A stretch of DNA of 64,000 nt from an uncultured archaeon (lineage in GTDB: Archaea; Asgardarchaeota; Lokiarchaeia; Sigyniarchaeales; SOKP01): assembly GCA_964632315.1 (NCBI GenBank), contig CAZWEM010000007.1, positions 48,571 to 112,570 on the forward strand, in the 5' to 3' direction. Both the position numbers and the translations under genes were made by a program. Position 1 is the first letter of the stretch. Every line of letters starts with the position of its first letter. The notes under the pieces were generated by a model. The model saw only the letters and a program-made list of their open reading frames with translations, was not told the origin of the DNA and did no database searches. Shown in pieces: positions 58,129-64,000 of the stretch.

Positions 58129-58869
58129 TTATATTGCCTTTTTGAATGCTAAGATCCCTCCAAATTGATTGAAACGATCAACCGATGGATCTTCAATGGA
58201 TATAATTTTTACTTTTATTCCCTTATTATTTGCGATTTGTGTAAGCCTATGGATTCTATTCTTGTTTTTTTGATTATTAATGTAATTTTGAGTGACAATG
58301 ATAAGATCTAACTTTTTTGCGGCGGATTTGTCCTTTTTACCCCCTTCGTAAACAATTGCTTCAATCTCATCCAAATTGTATAATAATCTTTCATTAGGAT
58401 TTTCAGCATTAACAATCTTTTCTAATCGCTCATTTAAATGGGAAATCTCTTTAGAAATGATTTCATTAACAACTTGTTTTGATTCTTCTGTAGATACCAA
58501 ATTTTTAGCACTTTCAAGAGTATTAGCCCTACCGATAACTTCTCCAAAACTCACTCGATTATAACCTTTTAAGAGCCATTGATGATGCTTAGTTACATGT
58601 TCCATGAACTGACTCCAAAATTCCTTCTTATAGGAGCTTGCGATTAAGATGCTTTTTAGGCCATCTTTAACCACTTTTCGTATGACATCTACAACTTCTT
58701 CAAGCAAATTATATAATTGCTTATCATCTAAGTTTTGCCATTTACGAGGTAATTTAATCGTTTCATGTGTTCTTAATGAGTGGCTATAGATCTTCCAAAA
58801 ATATATTTTTTTATTATCATAACCAATCAGTAATGCACTTAAATTCCCCCGTTTTTGCTTTTTTCTCAT
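58129..58869 (-). CDS. Pelota/eRF1-family paralog with domains 2 and 3 only
   Basis: ALLIGYD...LLEEV...ILIAS; LLYNLDEI...LIIVT...KVKIIS...FNQFGGILAF; no GGQ, no domain 1. Confidence 0.7.
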   Translation of the reverse strand: MRKKQKRGNLSALLIGYDNKKIYFWKIYSHSLRTHETIKLPRKWQNLDDKQLYNLLEEVVDVIRKVVKDGLKSILIASSYKKEFWSQFMEHVTKHHQWLLKGYNRVSFGEVIGRANTLESAKNLVSTEESKQVVNEIISKEISHLNERLEKIVNAENPNERLLYNLDEIEAIVYEGGKKDKSAAKKLDLIIVTQNYINNQKNKNRIHRLTQIANNKGIKVKIISIEDPSVDRFNQFGGILAFKKAI

Positions 58870-59456
58870 TTTTTTTCTGACTCTCTCCGAGCGAGTTCGA
58901 ATCCGTTATGTAAGACTCTTAGGTTTTTTTCTAAGTTTTCTTTTGAAAACAATTTTTCTATTGAAGTTTTAAGATTTTCATACTCCAACGGCAGAAATAA
59001 TAACATAAATCCAAGTATGAACGTATTGAGAAATATCATATCATGCTTCACTTTGATAATATCAAGATAGAAAATCTTTTTTGAATACGCTGAAAGGACA
59101 TGCTTAAGGTAATCATCAGTAGGATAAGTTTGACTTTTTAGAAGTTTTTTATATTCAGTAATAATTAATCTTGTATTTTTATTCAGCTTAGCATACTCTA
59201 ACACATCAAGGATGCAACTTTTTTCAAGAGCGATGATTATTTCAGCAGAGTGATTTAATGGAATTGGTGAAGTTAGCTTATTTCCATACCGAAGGAAACA
59301 TTTTACTTTTCCACCTCTTTGACTTAATCCATGTGTTTCAGATGTCATTACTGTAAATCCTTTATTCATGAGTGCATCTCCCAGTATTTGGATAAATCTT
59401 ACGATGCCTTGTCCTCCTAATCCTGTAATGACGATGGTTTGAGTTGATGACTTCAT
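58866..59456 (-). CDS. iorB: Indolepyruvate:ferredoxin oxidoreductase beta subunit
   Basis: GLGGQG, SETHGLSQRGG. Confidence 0.9.
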   Translation of the reverse strand: MKSSTQTIVITGLGGQGIVRFIQILGDALMNKGFTVMTSETHGLSQRGGKVKCFLRYGNKLTSPIPLNHSAEIIIALEKSCILDVLEYAKLNKNTRLIITEYKKLLKSQTYPTDDYLKHVLSAYSKKIFYLDIIKVKHDMIFLNTFILGFMLLFLPLEYENLKTSIEKLFSKENLEKNLRVLHNGFELARRESEKK

Positions 59457-61405
59457 TATTCCACCTCTCTACTAATTGCCTTACTTGGGCATATCTCTTC
59501 ACATATTCCACAATCTGAGCAAGAATTCATATCAATCATTACTTTTACTGCATCTCTTTTTATAGCTGGGCAAGCAAGTTGATTGTAACATAAACCACAT
59601 GCAGTACACATTTCTTGATTAATAATCCTAAGTTCTGGTTTCCTTCTCTTGATTACTTTTTGAATACACTCATCTTTGATCAAAACAACTTGTAAAGTAT
59701 GTTTTTCGAGAACTTCCTCACTCTTCCCTAAAATTAGATTCTTTAAAGATTGAAAATACTGTTCATCGTCATAATCATGTCTGATTACACTAACATTAGC
59801 TCCGGTACCGTTTATCAACTTTTCTAAGTCAATTTTTTCTTTATACTCACCACCCTCATAATTTTCAGTATTACTCCCAGGATGGGGTTGTTGACCAGTC
59901 ATTCCGATCCATCCATTATCCAATATTAGAATTAATATAGGAATTTTATTATGTACAGCATTAACAAGTGCAGGGATTCCTGAATGTAAAAAAGTTCCAT
60001 CTCCGATTATGGATATATTTAAATCATTACTTGTATGGGCAACTCCTTGCGCTGTTGCAATGCTTGAGCCCATACAATATTTAATATTAGCAAATCCAAG
60101 TGGAGGATATGATAGCATTGTATAGCAACCAATATCTTGATGAAAGTATACATTTAATTTTTTGCTTGATTTAATTTTATTAACTAACTGGCTTAAAGCG
60201 TATCCTGTTGTTCGATGTGGGCATCCAGAACACATCACTGGTAATCTTTTAACTGTTACAAGTTCTTCTTGGATTTTCAAATCTAAGTCCCTAATTAAAC
60301 TTGAGGAGATCTCATCTTTTAAGATGTGACTTAATGCTAAAGTTACTTTAGTTGGATTGAGCTCTCCAACTAACGATAACAAAGATTTTTCCTTAGAATA
60401 ATGAAAATAGGCTTTCCCATAAATCTTAGTTCTAATACCTGCTATTTGAGCAACTGCGAGAACTTGATTCTCGATGAAAGCGTCCATTTCTTCTAAGACA
60501 AAAACTTCCTTGAATTTCTTCAGAAATTTAATTACTTTTTTCATGGGAAAGGGATGGATAAATCCAAGTTTAAGAATGGGTGTCGAGATGTCCAAGTAGT
60601 CAATTGCTTCTTTTACATAATGATAAGAAACTCCACTTGTAATAATTCCTAATTGACTAGTACTATCTCCTTTAATAATACGATTTAAAGGACTTTCTTC
60701 TGATAACTTTAAAGCCATATTCATTCTATCATAAATCTGATTATCTTTAAGATCTATAAAATACAATCTTGAAGCAACATTAACCTCTTTGGATAAAGAG
60801 AATTCCTCGAGAAGACCATTGGTTTTTATCTCACCTAGTAGGACATTACTTCTAGCATGAGCTACCATTGTGACCGTGCGAAGTATTGTGGGTAATTTTA
60901 ATTCTCTCGAAATTTCAAATGCTCTTTTGGTGAATTCTAAACACTCTTGAGGATCACTTGGTTCTAATGCAGGAATTTTAAATAAATGTAGATAATTTCT
61001 TGAATCCATTTCTACTGCACTGGAATGCGCCTGAGGATCATCAGCTACTACTATCACGAGTGCCGAATTTGGGTTGTTTGGTTTCGATGTCGAAAGGGCA
61101 AATAAAGGATCGGAAGCAACATTCAGACCAACATTTTTCATCGCTACCATTGCCGTTGCTCCTCTTGCATATGCACCACCAGCAATTTCTATAGCAACTT
61201 TTTCATTGATACTAGATTCAACCCAATTTAATGCACTTTTCCTAAAAACTGCATTAAAAACAGTTCCAATCTCTGAACTGGGAGTACCGGGGTAATGAGT
61301 AAATACATTAATACCACTTTCAAGAGCTCCTCGTGCAATTGCTTCGTTTCCCAATAAAAATTGCCTTTCTCCCTTTTTGTAGTTGAGAATATCACCAAAA
61401 TTCAT
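59456..61405 (-). CDS. iorA: Indolepyruvate:ferredoxin oxidoreductase alpha subunit
   Basis: GNEAIARGA, YPGTPSSE, CSGCPH, DIGCY, GDGTFLHSG, C-terminal 2x[4Fe-4S]. Confidence 0.95.
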   Translation of the reverse strand: MNFGDILNYKKGERQFLLGNEAIARGALESGINVFTHYPGTPSSEIGTVFNAVFRKSALNWVESSINEKVAIEIAGGAYARGATAMVAMKNVGLNVASDPLFALSTSKPNNPNSALVIVVADDPQAHSSAVEMDSRNYLHLFKIPALEPSDPQECLEFTKRAFEISRELKLPTILRTVTMVAHARSNVLLGEIKTNGLLEEFSLSKEVNVASRLYFIDLKDNQIYDRMNMALKLSEESPLNRIIKGDSTSQLGIITSGVSYHYVKEAIDYLDISTPILKLGFIHPFPMKKVIKFLKKFKEVFVLEEMDAFIENQVLAVAQIAGIRTKIYGKAYFHYSKEKSLLSLVGELNPTKVTLALSHILKDEISSSLIRDLDLKIQEELVTVKRLPVMCSGCPHRTTGYALSQLVNKIKSSKKLNVYFHQDIGCYTMLSYPPLGFANIKYCMGSSIATAQGVAHTSNDLNISIIGDGTFLHSGIPALVNAVHNKIPILILILDNGWIGMTGQQPHPGSNTENYEGGEYKEKIDLEKLINGTGANVSVIRHDYDDEQYFQSLKNLILGKSEEVLEKHTLQVVLIKDECIQKVIKRRKPELRIINQEMCTACGLCYNQLACPAIKRDAVKVMIDMNSCSDCGICEEICPSKAISREVE

Positions 61406-61487
61406 TTTTTTTTACCTTAATCTCTATGTAATTCAAAAAGTATGTATAATTCAAATATATTATACCTCATCAGAGTGGATTTAAAAT

Positions 61488-62234
61488 ATGCAAGTGACTT
61501 TTTTAGGAACTAATGGGTGGTATGCTTCAGATACTGGAAATACAGTATCAATTATAATCGAAACTGAAGATTTTTATGTCATATTGGACGCTGGTGATGG
61601 AATCTACAAAATTGATGAATATGTTAAAAGTACAAAGCCAATTGTGATTCTTTTAAGCCACCTACATCTCGATCATATAATAGGATTTCATAGTTTTGCA
61701 AAACTTCAATTTTCTCAAAAAATCGATATTATTGGATATAAAGGTGTTAAGAAAGGATTAAACATGATTATTGATCATCCTTATTCCTCACCTATTAATT
61801 CATTACCGCTAAATGTTGAAATTCATGAAATTGAAGAGGGTTTTCACAATATTTGCTTTCCTTTTGAAACTAGACTTTTAGAACATGTTGATCCTACTCT
61901 TGGATTTAGATTAAAAATTGATAATAAAACCATTACCTATTGCACCGATACCGGAATGTGCGACAATTTATATATTCTCGCAGAAAATGCGGATTTACTG
62001 ATTACAGAATGTTCTTATAAACCGGGTCAAGAGGAATGGGGCTGGCTTCATTTAAAACCGGAAGAATCAGCAGAGATCGCTAAAAGATCCAATGTAGGAA
62101 ACTTAATTTTAACTCATTTTGATGCTAGTTATTATAAAACTTTTAGAGCCCGTGAAATTGCAGGCAAGAAAGCGAAAATAATTTTCCCTAATACTCATAT
62201 TGCTAAAGATGGTTTTGAATTCCTCTTAAATTGA
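61488..62234 (+). CDS. Metallo-beta-lactamase fold hydrolase, RNase Z/BN-like
   Basis: FLGT, DAGDG, SHLHLDH, YCTDT, ITECS, HL, LTHF. Confidence 0.88.
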   Translation: MQVTFLGTNGWYASDTGNTVSIIIETEDFYVILDAGDGIYKIDEYVKSTKPIVILLSHLHLDHIIGFHSFAKLQFSQKIDIIGYKGVKKGLNMIIDHPYSSPINSLPLNVEIHEIEEGFHNICFPFETRLLEHVDPTLGFRLKIDNKTITYCTDTGMCDNLYILAENADLLITECSYKPGQEEWGWLHLKPEESAEIAKRSNVGNLILTHFDASYYKTFRAREIAGKKAKIIFPNTHIAKDGFEFLLN

Positions 62235-62276
62235 ATAAAAAAAGGGAAAATATAATAATTTTTGATATTGGATAAT

Positions 62277-63104
62277 TTATACTTCTTTGAGTGGTTTCGA
62301 GAGAGTACTTATCCCATACGTAATAATAATGACTATTATAACTAATAAGTTAATGAAAAAAAATATCCACCTTCCTAGATCAGTCACCCAGTAGGGAAAA
62401 ATCATTGATGAGAAATTTCCCATCGCATGGTACATAATTGCAAGAAAAACATTGACATTACCGTTTTTATCTCTATTATTGTTTAAAATCCACGTGTAAA
62501 AAATTGAAGAAAGCATTTGAATAAGTATGAACTCATAGATAGGAATGAAAGATTGAGTAGGACCCGAAATGAAAAACAAGGGTAGATGCCATATCCCCCA
62601 GATAAAACCGAGAATTAGACTTGAATACAAGGCATTAAATTTTGATTGTAAACGATCCAATGCATACCCCCTCCAGCCGTATTCTTCTGTAAATGGCCCA
62701 CCAATGAAGTAATAGAGGATAAAGTTAGGAATCCACATAATGAATGGTGGAGCATATTGAAACCTGTCCATCGGTTCCATAAAACTGACGATGAGAATTG
62801 CTAATCCAGAAATGAATATGGGAATGAACAATGCTATAATCCATTTTTTATGAAATTTAAAATTCCACCCACTTAAAAATAATCTCTTTACCTCACCCTT
62901 TTCCGCTTTGAAGTATGATAAGATGAAAGCTGCAATAAAAGGTCCAAAGATGGCGAAATTGCCAAGAATTTGGATTGGTCCAGAAGCAATGATTCCTGCA
63001 GTAACCAGAATACTCGGAATCCAAAGAAGCCAAGAAATTGCGAATGATAAAAAGAAAAATATCCAAAGATTCTTTTTTTCTTCTTGAAAATTCAAGTGAA
63101 TCAT
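62277..63104 (-). CDS. CPBP (CAAX protease/Abi) intramembrane metalloprotease
   Basis: EEYGWRG, WGIWHLP, HAMGN. Confidence 0.92.
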   Translation of the reverse strand: MIHLNFQEEKKNLWIFFFLSFAISWLLWIPSILVTAGIIASGPIQILGNFAIFGPFIAAFILSYFKAEKGEVKRLFLSGWNFKFHKKWIIALFIPIFISGLAILIVSFMEPMDRFQYAPPFIMWIPNFILYYFIGGPFTEEYGWRGYALDRLQSKFNALYSSLILGFIWGIWHLPLFFISGPTQSFIPIYEFILIQMLSSIFYTWILNNNRDKNGNVNVFLAIMYHAMGNFSSMIFPYWVTDLGRWIFFFINLLVIIVIIITYGISTLSKPLKEV

Positions 63105-63277
63105 AAAAATGAAAAATGCATTTTATAATTAATATTATTCTTGTTTGAAGAATAAAGAGATATGTCGAAGATTGTGATTTATTTCACTTAATTTTATATA
63201 ATTCTACAATTATATTTTTTCTGATTATTTTAGTCTTATTTTGGTTGAGGTAAAAATAAATAAAATGGTTTCAGATC

Positions 63278-64000
63278 ATGAAAAAAAGAGAAAATGTAAT
63301 AAAAGTCTTTGTCATATTTACTGTATTACTCAGCATTTTACTTTCCTTTAACTTCATTCAAATAAATCAAAAAAGCAACGGAAATGAAATTGAAGCAAGA
63401 GATTTAATATTAAAAGATAAAGAGAATGAAGGGTTTGGACAAAAAACAAGCGATATTCCCTCAGATATCGGGGGATATACTACATACAATGACTCTTCAT
63501 TTCATACAATCCAAAATGCCTCAAGTTTGATATCTCAGAGAGACTTTTTTGTAGATCCAAGCTCTCAATTTGAGATCCTAACCCCTCAAACTTGGAATGT
63601 CAGTTCCGCCTCTTTTTCATTAGATCCTTATGAGAAGAATCAAACCATATTGGACCCTAATTTTGATATACAATATACTTCAGGAATAAACTATTGGGGT
63701 AAAGAAAAAGTAGATAGTGGTCTTGGTTATTTTAGCTTTAATGATTTAGATAAATCTACATATGGAAGGATTAACATATATAATTTAAAGCGTAGGGAAT
63801 TTCCCGGGTTCTATGCTGGTGATCATGCCTATTGGAATACTGAATTATCAAAGATCAACCCAAATGGATTAGATGTAGCAAGAGGAAAAATAATTCAAGA
63901 ACAAGACGAAAAATCTGAAGATTTCGATTTATTTCACGTAAACCCAGGATTTTCTGTAGATTTAGATTCTCCTTATGGAGGGAGCTACGACCCCCAATGG
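63278..64000 (+). CDS. 5' part of an exported/surface protein (runs off the window end)
   Basis: Manual translation MKKRENVIKVFVIFTVLLSILLSF..., open for 241 codons; signal peptide and several N-x-S/T sequons. Confidence 0.75.
   Translation, partial: MKKRENVIKVFVIFTVLLSILLSFNFIQINQKSNGNEIEARDLILKDKENEGFGQKTSDIPSDIGGYTTYNDSSFHTIQNASSLISQRDFFVDPSSQFEILTPQTWNVSSASFSLDPYEKNQTILDPNFDIQYTSGINYWGKEKVDSGLGYFSFNDLDKSTYGRINIYNLKRREFPGFYAGDHAYWNTELSKINPNGLDVARGKIIQEQDEKSEDFDLFHVNPGFSVDLDSPYGGSYDPQW

Noticed and set aside
3319-61295. Many 60-170 aa antisense or alternate-frame ORFs in the track (e.g. 3800, 15416, 19551, 26907, 44747, 61074)
   Set aside because: They lie within well-supported genes and have no recognisable motifs; treated as shadow ORFs
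61488-62234. Assigning the symbol rnz
   Set aside because: The MBL motifs fit, but the protein is short and appears to lack the tRNA-binding exosite; family-level call only

Overview
AT-rich (about 30% GC by eye), gene-dense archaeal window. It is most likely from a Lokiarchaeia/Promethearchaeota (Asgard) genome, judged from the longin-like proteins, an IPGF (Loki/PGF-CTERM-type) sorting signal, CDC48 with an HbYX tail, an archaeal-type alanine dehydrogenase, IorAB, HdrA/Mvh genes and a heliorhodopsin. I found no rRNA, tRNA, CRISPR array or transposase. Most genes are housekeeping or accessory metabolism, but 11.4-27.7 kb holds two apparent regulatory systems. (1) A minus-strand operon encodes a winged-helix DNA-binding domain fused to HdrA and MvhD. 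The HdrA part has lost the cysteines of the [4Fe-4S] cluster used in electron bifurcation. It is followed by an MvhG-like small subunit and a [NiFe] large subunit that ends exactly at the L2 His with no protease-cleaved tail, then a longin/uDENN-like gene. Across a spacer with repeated TGTTGTCAA boxes lies a divergent operon: unknown protein, unknown domain-MtdB fusion, CDC48. This is a candidate one-complex H2/redox-sensing transcription regulator. (2) A membrane Cph1-type histidine kinase and an Rcp1-type receiver sit next to a receiver-Lrp/AsnC fusion and gdhA, and a TCGAA-N5-TTCGA palindrome recurs in three neighbouring promoter regions. Other items: a Staygreen/PNPOx/heliorhodopsin/AKR cluster, a methyltransferase fused to a CorA-like 2-TM domain, a SIR2-TPR protein, a domain-1-less pelota paralog coupled to iorAB, an unannotated 8-Cys desulforedoxin-like microprotein, and a decaying tandem duplication at 0.2-5.3 kb. 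All family calls come from motif recognition by eye; no database search was run.
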